DNA of 64,000 nt from positions 2,418,001 to 2,482,000 of the forward strand of contig JASVEC010000001.1 in assembly GCA_030770535.1 (NCBI GenBank), given 5' to 3'. Under the pieces are notes generated by a model, which was not told where the DNA came from, did not search any database, and was given only the letters and a program-made list of their open reading frames with translations. This stretch comes from Batkoa obscura (lineage: Eukaryota). A program made the position numbers and the translations under genes. Positions 1 to 13,689 of the stretch are shown in pieces (the stretch's first letter is position 1; every line of letters starts with the position of its first letter).

Positions 1-123
1 TAAGTAAAAGTATTAATATAATTTACAAAATAAATGCATTTTAAATTATAAATGGCTATTTTACAACAATCTAATTTTAAATTTCGAAATAAACTGTGCT
101 AACTTGTTTATATATTACTTAAT

Positions 124-1329
124 CTATTCTTTTATAGGTTTTTGAAATTTAGCCTGTAACCATACTCTATACATTTTTAGTTGACGATGTCGATTTACAA
201 TCAATCTACGATCCACTTCATTTTTTAACACATTAAACTTTTTCCCGAAGATATCCGCCAATTGTTCTATTTAACTTTATAAACTACTTTATACATAAAA
301 ACATTAAATGAATCCTTACCTTGTGTGAAAAAATAAACCTGAGTTCCATCTCCTCTCACATAAAAATTTTCTTCTAAATATCTTCTTTTTTTAAATCTCA
401 ACTGCGCCATATCATATTGGCCATAATCTCTAAACAACACAATGCCCCCTGGCTTCAATAATTCATACAAATTTTTAATTACTTGATCCCATTTAGCAGG
501 CTTAATAGCAGAAAATGAAAATATTAAAGTGATAATATCTACCGATCCAGGTGTCACCTCTGAAGGTAACTCTAAACTCGTCATATCCCATACAAACGCT
601 TTTTGACGGTTTTCATCAAATTTTTTATTCGACTAATTCTTTTAATATTTAATTGATTATAAAATTAAGAATTTTTTACTTTAACTAAATCAACAGCTAC
701 TTTAGAAAAATCACAAGCCAAAACTCTTAAATTAGAGCTAGGGTTTGATTCAAGCAATGGGTAAGCAGTGGCTCCTGTACCACAGCCTATTTCCATTACA
801 GTAAAAACATTTTTTAATTCTAAAATGGGATGGGTTGAAACTGTATCTTCTGCTTTTGGGAATAATTCTGGGAATTCCATTTGTAACCAGTTCCTATTCT
901 TAAAAAATTTGTTTTCATTCATCGAATAAAATTGGTCCCAATAATTGACAGCTTCTTCGTCGTATTTTTCTACAATATTAAGATAGTTTTTAATATTACA
1001 ATTATCTGGCTATTCAAATTTACCTTTTAATCCTTCTTCAACTTTATTTTCTGATTGAGTTTTAATGATTTCTTTAGCTCTAGTTATGTCTTCTTCATCA
1101 AGTTCAACATCATCCCTGTAATTCTTTTAGTACTCTAAACTATTCACTACGTAATACAACTTACCAAGCATTATGCTCAAAAACTCTATCCGGATCATTT
1201 AAAGTACGAGTACGAAACTTTTTAGTTTCTTGATTAACTTCTATTTAAATTCTATTAATTTAATATTCTAAATTGAAAAAGACTTTTATACTGTTAGGTT
1301 CAATTTTACTTACCATTATTGTCTGACAT
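124..1329 (-). CDS. tRNA m3C methyltransferase (METTL2/Trm140-Abp140 family), multi-exon
   Basis: Spliced ORF pieces give YWDQFY..NENKFFKNRNWL..EFPEL, EIGCGTG, ACDFSKVAV, LKPGGIVLFRDYGQYDMAQLRFK, ENFYVRGDGT.VYFF, MYRVWLQAKF. ATG at 1329, TAG at 124-126, GT-AG introns. Confidence 0.92.
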
Positions 1330-1487
1330 AATAAAACCAGGTAATAGCTTTTATATTTTAGAAACTTAAAAATATATAAAAGAACAGTTCAATCTTCCTA
1401 TCATTCACATACTACTAAATTAAGTAATTTATATAATAAACTGAAGTCTATTTTGAATAAAATTCAGAAAGCTAATTTTATTATTTG

Positions 1488-1579
1488 TATGGGAGTGTTT
1501 TTTTGATTTCATTATTTTTTCCATTTTTTAAGCACTATTTAAGCAGAAAAATTGTTAGACACAAAAATACATCCCCATA
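1488..1579 (+). mobile_element. MITE copy 1 (short internal deletion)
   Basis: TATGGGAGTGTTTTTT...AAAAATACATCCCCATA termini; interior matches 32630-32733. Confidence 0.8.
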
Positions 1580-2115
1580 TTTTGTATAGATGTTGTTTCC
1601 ATTATGTTATCTCTTATTGTAAAATATTTATACTTTATATGTAAAAGCATAGTGAAACAACATTTGGACGATATCATGTAATCTCAGCTTGATCAGATCA
1701 GATCATTATAAACTATTCTCATTTAAATAGTTTTAGTTTTATTTTATCATATTTTTTAATATTTTTTTATTCTGAAAAGATTGTTAGGTAATATATTCAA
1801 AAAATGTTTATAATATTACCGAATTCATTATGTGTAGTATAAATAATACTCCTGGTAAAAACTATCTTGTATATATGGACAACTCTCAGTTTTTAGCTAA
1901 TGAACATTTCATATTAAATCAACTTTATAAAAATCAAATAGAAAATTCGATAAAATATAATCATTATTAACCTAGATAACGTTGATTAAGTATACTTACA
2001 ATAAATTAAAGTTGTTTATTATAGTTGGAATAACATAAACATAAAACTGATTAAACTTTGAATTTTTCAGATTTGTTGATAGAAAATTAATGAACTTTAG
2101 AATGTGTTTGGAACA

Positions 2116-2261
2116 TATGGAGATGTATTTTTGTGCAAGAACTTTACTAACAATTTTTCCACTCAAATAGCGTTTAAAAAATGGAAAAGTAATGAAATCA
2201 AAAAAAACATCGCTATTTAAAAGATGGAAAAGGCGATGAAGTCAAAAAAAACACCCCCATA
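2116..2261 (-). mobile_element. MITE copy 2 with internal ~45-nt tandem duplication
   Basis: TATGGAGATGTATTTTT...AAAAAACACCCCCATA; the block (t)ttaaaa.atggaaaa...atgaa.tcaaaaaaaaca occurs twice. Confidence 0.8.
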
Positions 2262-2340
2262 AAGACAATAGTTAACTTTTAATATATTTACAATGGTTTA
2301 TTTGTAAATTCAATAAATATTATATGAATGTAAGAGAAGG

Positions 2341-2874
2341 TCAAGGTAAAGTTAAAAAAGAAATAGAAATAAGCATAATAGAGTGTATTATGCAATCTAT
2401 ATCATAGTATGATTCTATTGTAAGTAAATCATCGGATTTAAAACATTTTGCCAGCTCCATAGTAATGGCATTATCTATATTTAAAAAGAGGACCCAAGCA
2501 TTATCGACTAATCTCCAGTAGCATGTTAACTTTATCTCTGAATGTTTAGGGCTTAGTTCAATCTCTAAACCTCCTTTAACGCCTTTTATAGAGAAAGTAG
2601 AGTTTTCATTCATCCCATTTCTCCCTATCAAACATTGTACTTGATATTTTTTCGTAAAACTAAACATTGATCTTTTAAATGTCGCGATAGGACTTTTACT
2701 AGAATTTGTTAACATGATGGACTTGTTGTTACCAAAATAAATAAAATTGCTTATTTTATTTTCGGTTTCATAGATCGAATAGCTTAGCGTAGCGTCTTGA
2801 GATTTTATGTGTAATTTTTTGACATTATCTAGCTTTTTTAAGCCTTCCATTAGATAGGTTTGAGTCAATGTCAT
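2341..2874 (-). CDS. Hypothetical 177-aa protein, possibly LURP-one/tubby-C (scramblase-like) beta-barrel
   Basis: Intronless ORF with TATA upstream; PIATFKRSMFSFTKKYQV..FSIKG and a C-terminal hydrophobic helix resemble LURP-one-like proteins. Family call is weak. Confidence 0.5.
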   Translation of the reverse strand: MTLTQTYLMEGLKKLDNVKKLHIKSQDATLSYSIYETENKISNFIYFGNNKSIMLTNSSKSPIATFKRSMFSFTKKYQVQCLIGRNGMNENSTFSIKGVKGGLEIELSPKHSEIKLTCYWRLVDNAWVLFLNIDNAITMELAKCFKSDDLLTIESYYDIDCIIHSIMLISISFLTLP

Positions 2875-4102
2875 AGTGTATAATGTTATGTTTTTAATAA
2901 ATTATTACTTTTTGTTTTTAAATGATTACAACTGTAGCCTATATATACCCTTGTCATATAGATATGGCAAGCCAATATAATTACCCTTTATTAAGTAACA
3001 ATAATAGAAATAGTAAATTTAAGAACAAATCAGTTCTTTTTGATTTAATAAGAATTAATTAAGCATGCCAAGAAGCTTGATGACACACATTTAAGCTGCT
3101 AATTCTTTAGATAAATTTATTTGAGTTGCATAGCCTATTTTACTAAGGCTATAATCTTACATGGATTTTTTCTCGGTTTGTTGAAAATACCCGCACCAAA
3201 AAATCGAATCATTTCTTTTGATATCACTTCTTTTTTAAAAATACTTGGCTGTTAATGGGAAAACATTATCTGGGATAGAGGAAAAAAAAACATATTGTTA
3301 ACGTTATGATGTATAATTTGATTTTATCTATATTTACATAATTAAGAATAGTATACTTGTAGTTATGTAAATTCCAGAAATGATAAATTTATTCTTTGAA
3401 ATAACTTTTAAAATGAAAGAGTTATATTAATATATCTACAATAATGGTGATGTGAATTATTTAAATGTTTAAGTAAAAAACATTACAAGTTATTCTAATA
3501 ATAGCATCTATTAATATGTTTTCCTTTGATAAATGTCTAATTTAAATGGGACGGAAAATACACAAGTCAATTGACAAATTTTAAGTTTTAATCAGAGTGG
3601 GATTTCTCATCAAAACTCTGTTCAATTTTGCAACTTAAAATTTGGAAAAGCTTTAACAACACTTCTTAACCAAATAAAGATACCCTAATGTTTTATTGCA
3701 AGGACTAATAAATACACAATATATAACACTATTATATAGCTTGTTGTGTAGCAATAAAATCAAGTTGTATGGTTTTCTTAATAACAATTCTTAATAATAA
3801 TTTAGACGGTAAAATAAATATAAAAATAAAATCAAAATTGTTTTCATTTCAATTAAGATAATGATCTAAATTTAATTTTAAAAAGCACGAGGACAACTTT
3901 TTGTTTTTAAAGTCAGATTAGCACATTTAAATAAAGTTTCTAAATTTTGTTACTTAAAAAACAAAGAACATTTCCAACATAAACGGTACGTATGCTTCTA
4001 AAATAGTTTATAGTCCAGTAGTTTATTTTTTATTCTTTATAATTTAGTTAATATTAAACAAAATTGTTAGGTTAATCAATGTAGTAAATTTAAGTCTTAA
4101 AA

Positions 4103-4205
4103 TATGTGGATGTATTTTTTTGTTTAAGAATTTTATTAACAATCTTTCCGCTCAGATAGCGCTTAAAAATACAAAGGTAATAAAACCAAAAAATACATCC
4201 CCATA
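4103..4205 (-). mobile_element. MITE copy 3
   Basis: TATGTGGATGTATTTTT...AAAAAATACATCCCCATA, followed by TA; interior aagaattttattaacaatctttccgctcagatagcgcttaaaa matches the family. Confidence 0.8.
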
Positions 4206-5004
4206 TATTTTCTGAAAGTTATTCAAATGTTAACAAAATATAGTTAAACATAATTTCGGGACCTAAGAACTGTTACTATCAAGCATTCCTAAGATAGCTC
4301 TTTTTTTGGGCAAATCTTAACTAAAAGACTGCAGAATTAAAGTAATTAAATTCATTTGAAATTTCTAGTTTATAGCTAAAATAAATTCCAAGCAGAAAAA
4401 GCAAATATTTCACTTAATCTTTGTTTCTATTTTTTAAACCTTTTTTTAAAGGTAACTAACTACTAAGCAGTATCTTATCAATAATAACAAGAAATTAAAA
4501 TTTTAACTCAAACTAAAAGTGTTTTATTTTTTTGTTATTATTGAACAAAATGATTTAAGATATTAGCTAAGATGTTTACTAAAAATTGATTTTTTTCCAT
4601 AGCTAATGATTTGCTTGACACTATTTAGCCAAAAGAAAGTTATTTCTAGGAATATCTAATAATAATGACTAACGTTTTAATATTGATCAAATTATATAAA
4701 ATGAGCCAAATATATATCATCCAAACAATATTCACGATAGTGTACGACTTATTTATTAATTTGTGAATGTTACAAATCAATGTCGTAATAAAACTAATCT
4801 CTAAAATAAACTAGCTCATTCATCTACAATTTTAAAGTTTAATGTACTAACTACATAACTACTTTCCAAATATGGTATCATGTCATAAGTTCATTATCAC
4901 TTTGAACTTGATAAACAGCTATCGAGTTTGCACTTACTTGTCTTAATTAAAATAAGAACCAATTTTATCAAGGATATTGTATAGATTCATACAGCTCATT
5001 CGAT

Positions 5005-6302
5005 TTATTCATTGTCCTTTTTTTTAGCAATAAAGCTCTTGAAATTAGGAGTATTAGGATTTAATTTATTACCTACTCATTGATTATTATTTTTTCAAAA
5101 TGATTATAATTTAGTTTACCTTGTAATGTAAAAGAATTTCTTAACTTTGATGGAAAAATACTAGTGCTTTTTGTTGTATTTTTTAACAACTTATTTGCAG
5201 CTGGGGATAAACCATGCTTGTTTTCTTGTCTAGCATATGGGCTTGATTCTATTTTACGTTGGTGTAAAGCCTTTCTTGCACTTTGAGTAAGTTTTATGCT
5301 TAACGCTTCTCTTCTATCTGGCTCTTGTAATGCAAACTCTCTTTTTGGAGTCCTAGTTGGTGTATTATTTATTGCCATTGGAGTAGATTCAATAAACCCC
5401 CATGTCATTGGGTTATTATCTCCAAGAATATCAGGGTTTGGAGCTGGCGTCGCTTCAACTAAATCGTAATTCTTATTTGAAGCATTAAAGCCTCCTATTT
5501 GTGATAAATTTGTACTTGGGGTTGAGGGCGTTGTACCAAGCTTTATAAAGGTTAAAACTCTATTTGAAGTAAAATAATAACTTACATTCATTCCTTTAGG
5601 CAGCCTTGTGTTACTATGTACAATTTCCTTTGATTGAGACCTAAGATATAATTCTGTATCTGGAGCTTTGTATGGTTGTCCATCTGGTACAAACATTAGG
5701 TTATTCTTTGCTTTAAACCTCCACGTTTTTATTTTTTGATATTCTCTTTTATTTAGTTCATTATCCTCTCTAAAATCTTCTAATTCATTTCTAGGTACTA
5801 CAACCTGTTTTTGTTCAGTTGGAATATGGATTAAACTCTGTTCATTTTGCTCACTACTGTTTGTGATCAATTTCTTTTCTAGGGTGCTAGAAATCAAATC
5901 TTCTTCATCTTTATACAGCCAGTGGTATTTTTTCCTTTTTAATTCCAAATCCTTTTTAACTATTTCTGAAAAGGAAGCATTATCTTCTGATGTAAACTTT
6001 GTAAAGAATTGATCCAACCCAAGTTCTAAGCCTGGTGCAGCTTGAGAGTTTAAAAGCTCGTTTCTCCGCTGAATTTCTGAGTTTTCTAACCTTGGCGTAG
6101 TGCTAAAATCAATTATTTCATCGTTTCTTTCTTTTAAATATTTTAAATCTGGGAAAAAATCTCTTTCAATTATATGATCAATTGCAGATGTATATGTTTC
6201 TTCTTCTAGGACAGTTACTTCATTCGAGTGTGATTGTATCTCTTGTTTTTTAATTTTTATCAAACTTCCAACTGCTGGTGTGTTCTCATTTGAATTTTCC
6301 AT
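5005..6302 (-). CDS. ESS2: Splicing factor ESS2/DGCR14 (Es2) homolog
   Basis: VLEEETYTSAIDHIIERDFFPDL, LDQFFTKFTSEDNASFSEI, W.FKAKNNLMFVPDG, PMTWG.IESTP, GLSPAA.KLL. Short last exon ends at TAA 5005-5007. Confidence 0.88.
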
Positions 6303-6608
6303 TTCTTATATTTGAATAAATAAAGTTCCTATGCCAAATTTTAGTTGTGAAGTCCAAAATTTAAGATTTAAACTAATATTTGCAATAAAGCAGAAGGCGT
6401 GCTTACTTTGCAATAATTTTATCTCTATCAAAGTAGACTACAACTTATTTTATGACATAAAATATGCATTAAAAATAACAATTATTGGTGCAATTCGCTA
6501 ACAAATTTTGAGAGTTGTAATAAAAACGCATGCGTGACTTAAAGCTGATTCATTGTTTAACAAAAAGTATATAAAGCCCAGATTTAATTATTTAGCCTAT
6601 TTTTAAAA

Positions 6609-7013
6609 ATGAAATTCTATCTTTTAATTTTAGCTTTATTGTTCCAATTCTCAGTACAACAAGGTGAAGATGAAGGTGCAATTGGGGTTGTACAAATTGA
6701 CGCATCAATAGATCAACCATTAGGATCACCTGTAAGCATTAGCACCAAAACAGTTAGTGATGCTACTGTAGTAACTCAAGTTATTACTAAATCAGTTACT
6801 TCTAAAACACCAAGTTCACCTATTGAGACTCAAGTTACAACTCATTATGAGACAACTAAATCAGGAAAAACTGATAATACTTCTACAAGCAGTTCAGTAA
6901 ACAGCCAAAAAACTCAATCTACTAAGCCTGGTTCAAGTGGCTCGAGTTTATTAAAGCCAAGCTTTGGGTTGCCTTTAGTATTGTTCTTAGTTCTTGGTTC
7001 GTATTTTAATTAG
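6609..7013 (+). CDS. Small Ser/Thr-rich, probably GPI-anchored cell-surface protein
   Basis: N-terminal signal peptide, S/T-rich body, small-residue omega region (SSGSS), hydrophobic C-terminus; TATA box at ~6569. Confidence 0.75.
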   Translation: MKFYLLILALLFQFSVQQGEDEGAIGVVQIDASIDQPLGSPVSISTKTVSDATVVTQVITKSVTSKTPSSPIETQVTTHYETTKSGKTDNTSTSSSVNSQKTQSTKPGSSGSSLLKPSFGLPLVLFLVLGSYFN

Positions 7014-7769
7014 TTTCTTCTAATGCCTCTTAATTCATTCTGCCATCAAATTTTAATTATAATGTTTGCATTATACGCTGCTTTAATAAACTATTTTAAT
7101 TACTAAATTTTATTGAATATAGTCTTTAATATAAAATGGTTTTTTATTAATGTTATTGGATCAGGATATTAATTCAAAATTGATTTTTTATAAGTGAAAG
7201 CTTAATAACATTTTTTGGCCCAGAAGTATAGATGCTAGGGGGTTTTGTAAAAGTATTGTGAAAGGGTTTTTTGAGGACCTAATTAATAGTTTAATCCAAT
7301 ATAATCAAAATAGATTAAATAATAAATTAAAGGATATTAATTGCGTATATCATTTATGAGTAAAATTTTAGCTGTCTAAGTGAAGTTATATATATGTTAT
7401 AAACAACAAAGCTATGTGGCTTTGATATAAAATCAACGGACATTACTTTCATTTTAATATATTTCATTAATAAGCCAAGTAGTTTTATAACCTCCTTTAT
7501 TGTAAAAGAACTTGGAAATAGCAGTAAAATCAAAGTGATTGGCCAAGTGCAGAAATTAATTTATAACTCAACAAAACATTAAAAACAAGCCAGTTTCTCA
7601 TAGAAAGAGATAAAGAATAACAAATTAAAAACAAAGTTAAATAATATATAAATAAATTTTAATTGTTTTTGTATTATTGATCATTTTACGAGAACATCAT
7701 CAACATAGTACTAATTCATAAGAGTTTGAAGTAACCTCCTATTCTTTATTTTTTTGAATTTTTGTTAAA

Positions 7770-10528
<2,759 letters not shown>

Positions 10529-10768
10529 GATTATAAAATAGATAAAATAATTTTAATATTGTATATATAATATATAATATATAATATGTATTGAATTTTT
10601 GCTATAAATTAAATCGTTTTCCAATTTTTGAAATAAAAGTATTGTCAATTATTTTTAGATTTTTATTAATTTTTCAAGTTTATTCACATTATTTAAAATT
10701 ACTTATTTAAGAATAACTACAATTATTGTTGTTTACACATCGTAAATTTGAGGGTGTAGGAAATCAAA

Positions 10769-10775
10769 TGAGTCA
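10769..10775 (+). promoter_or_regulatory. Gcn4/CpcA (AP-1-like) element TGAGTCA upstream of HIS1
   Basis: Perfect TGAGTCA 78 nt before the HIS1 ATG; HIS genes are classical Gcn4/CpcA targets. Confidence 0.6.
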
Positions 10776-10853
10776 CAATGATAGATAAGATGAAAAAATA
10801 GTATATAAACAAAAACAATAAAATAAAACAATTCATTTTTAAATTTTAAGGAA

Positions 10854-11741
10854 ATGGAGATACTAAACGAACTTAAAGACCGATTATTAATAGCGATCCC
10901 AAAGAAAGGAAGATTACATGAAAAATGTTTAACTTTATTAGATAATATTGATATTCAATTCCATCGAAAGCCACGTCATGACATTGCTTTAGCTAAAAAT
11001 TTACCAGTTGCTATCTTATTTTTGCCTGCTGCTGACATTGCTAAATACGTAGCCAAAGGAAATGTATCTTTGGGTATAACTGGACAAGATATTATAGCTG
11101 AATCTGAAGTTGAGGAAAAAATCAATGTAGAATTGAAACTAGGCTTTGGTAGGTGTAAGTTGCAATTACAAGTACCAATCAAAGAGAAGGAGATTATAGA
11201 GCCAGCTCATGTAGCTGGCAAAAGGATTGTAACCAGTTTTCCAAATTTGTCCAAAGCCTATTTCAATTCCTTAAATAGCCAAGTTGATACAAAAGTTGAG
11301 TTTGTTAGCGGTAGTGTTGAAGTAGCTTGTACGCTAGGATTAGCCGAGGGTATAGTAGATTTAGTAGAATCTGGAGAAACCATGAAAGCAGCTGGGCTTC
11401 ATGCTATTGGAACTATAATGGAAAGTGAAGCAGTATTGCTTTCAAACCCAAAGTCTCCATTCCAGCCATTGATTAGAAAACTTAAAGATAGAATTGAAGG
11501 CTCCCTCTTGGCCAAAAAATATGTGGTATGTACTTACAATATATTAAGAACTAACCTTGAAAAGGCTAAAAAGATTACCCCTGGAAGGTTAGCACCTTCT
11601 GTTTCCCCGCTTGAAGATTTAGAATGGGTTGCTGTTTCTTCGATGGTTTTGAAACAAAATGTGGCTGAAGTTATGGATATGTTAAAAGAAGTAGGGGCAT
11701 CCGATATTATGGTTACTATGATTGCTAACTGTAGAGCTTAA
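10854..11741 (+). CDS. HIS1: ATP phosphoribosyltransferase (long form)
   Basis: Intronless; AIPKKGRL, LGITGQD, GSVEVACTLGLAEGIVDLVESGETM, C-terminal regulatory domain. Confidence 0.96.
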   Translation: MEILNELKDRLLIAIPKKGRLHEKCLTLLDNIDIQFHRKPRHDIALAKNLPVAILFLPAADIAKYVAKGNVSLGITGQDIIAESEVEEKINVELKLGFGRCKLQLQVPIKEKEIIEPAHVAGKRIVTSFPNLSKAYFNSLNSQVDTKVEFVSGSVEVACTLGLAEGIVDLVESGETMKAAGLHAIGTIMESEAVLLSNPKSPFQPLIRKLKDRIEGSLLAKKYVVCTYNILRTNLEKAKKITPGRLAPSVSPLEDLEWVAVSSMVLKQNVAEVMDMLKEVGASDIMVTMIANCRA

Positions 11742-11900
11742 TATAAATAAAAAATATATGAATTTCAATTTTTTGAGTTTTTGATGAATAACTTAATTCT
11801 AAATTGAAAAATAATAATTTAATTGGTCAAAACATAAGTACAAGATTGTAAGAGGCTTCTCTATCACAATTTTAGTTCTAAGTTTATTTATTTATTCTAA

Positions 11901-12580
11901 ATGAGTTATTATAATCCAAATAATCCTCAACAACCAGAAACCTATTATTACGATGCAGATACAACCGTAGATCCATATTATCAATATTACTATAGCCAAG
12001 GAGGAGAAAATACTTCCGCTTATGTTGAACCAACTGTAACGGCTATACCTTTAGGGTATGACCAAGGTTCCTACCAACCACCAGAAAATAAAAAAGAAAG
12101 TAAACAAAGAAAAAAGAAAACTTTGCGCACGGCTGCCGGTAAGGTTTGGGAAGATAGAACTTTATTGGAATGGGATCCAAGTAAGCTTTTATTAAATTTA
12201 ATAGCAATTGGTATTAATAATTTAGGTGATTTTCGATTATTTGTAGGAGATTTAGGCAATGAAGTTAATGATGAAATGTTAAAAAAAGCGTTTGAAAGAT
12301 ATCCTTCATTTGTAAAAGCTAAAGTTATTAAAGATAAGAGAAATGACAAAACAAAAGGATATGGCTTTGTTAGTTTTAAGGATTCGGATGATTTCATTAA
12401 AGCCTCAAAAGAAATGAATGGTAATTTTTATTTTTATTTTTATTTTTTATGATTTAAACCTTGTTTTAAAATGACTTAGGTAAATATGTAGGAACAAGAC
12501 CCATTAAACTTAGAAAGAGTACATGGAAAGAAAGAGCGCTTCAAACGAATGATAAGAAGAAATCTAACAGGCCTTATTAA
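11901..12580 (+). CDS. RBM42: RRM protein, RBM42 family
   Basis: RTAAGKVWED.TLLEWDP, FRLFVGDLGNEVND, KTKGYGFVSF, EMNGKYVGTRPIKLRKSTWKER after removing two introns. Confidence 0.9.
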
Positions 12581-12607
12581 AATATTTTTAATAAATATTT
12601 TTTCTTT

Positions 12608-13101
12608 TCAAAAATTGTTGTTAGTACTATTAATTGCTATATGATTTAATTCTAATATATATTTCCCCTCTTTATATTTTTGTGCTTTTTCGTAGGCATA
12701 TTCCTAATTACTTTAGTAAAAACAATTTAGTTAAAACACTGTATTACATATTTCCATCCCAAATTATTATTACAGTTTTTACACCTTATATCAGATAATA
12801 TATGTAATCCAGTCAATAATACCCTTTCTTGCTTCGGCCCTAAGTTAGTGTTATACCTATTTATAATTAGTGCTAAATCCATTTACGCTAAATCTATTTA
12901 CACATTATTAAATAGAAATCCTTTCCCGGTTCTACCTTGGAAATTCTATTTAAGTAAGAGTTGAGTATTATACAATATTAGTTCTACTCAAATATTTACT
13001 TTAGAAATCAACTCTTGATGTTTACCTATTCCCGTTTGACATTGATTACAGCAATAGATATAATTATCATCTACTAAAGTTAAAATTAATGAACTATTCA
13101 T
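12608..13101 (-). CDS. Yippee/Moh1 family zinc-binding protein (4 exons; absent from ORF track)
   Basis: Spliced product [107 protein letters not shown]...; two CxxC plus LGWKY/QKYKEGK. Confidence 0.92.
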
Positions 13102-13338
13102 TTTAAAATAAAAATATAAAGATAACTTTTTTTATCATTTTTATTTAGCAATAGGGATATTTAACCCCCTTTTGTTTTACATCAACATTATTATTCAAAG
13201 CTTTTAAATCACTTTGTTTCAATCATTCAACATAGTTAAAAGACGTTATTTTAATAATTTCTATATTTTAGATGCAATAGCTTAGTTTCTAGTTTTATTA
13301 ATTTAACTAAAATTGAATTAAATAATTAAAGCCAAATT

Positions 13339-13420
13339 TAGGAATGTATTTTTAAAGAATTTTACTGATAATCTTTCCGCTTAAATAGCATTTAAATTAG
13401 AAGTGATGAAACCAAAATAT
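13339..13420 (-). mobile_element. MITE copy 4 (degenerate, termini eroded)
   Basis: ggaatgtatttttaaagaattttactgataatctttccgcttaaatagc...aagtgatgaaaccaaaa aligns with the family interior. Confidence 0.6.
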
Positions 13421-13689
13421 TCATTTATTAAATACCCTACAAAATATTACTGATATTTAAACACATTGCATTTGTGAAATAAAGATGGGCATTTAATTTA
13501 AACACTAATAATTAAACTAGGTATAGAAACCTGATGTAGTTAGAGTATATAAATATTAATCGCAATGGTATTATTGATCTTGTTATAATTGTAAAAATGG
13601 GTAGCCTCCTATCAAATAGAATACAACTATTTTAAAACAAAAAGATTGCAAATTATAATAATAAATAGGTGATTTATTACTATAAAAAA

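Noticed and set aside
7430..7735. CCAAT + TTTGAA (CHR) + AACGG (MSA/Myb) words upstream of the polo kinase as an animal/plant-like G2/M module
   Set aside because: The motifs are short and TTTGAA is common at this AT content; unsupported without enrichment statistics.
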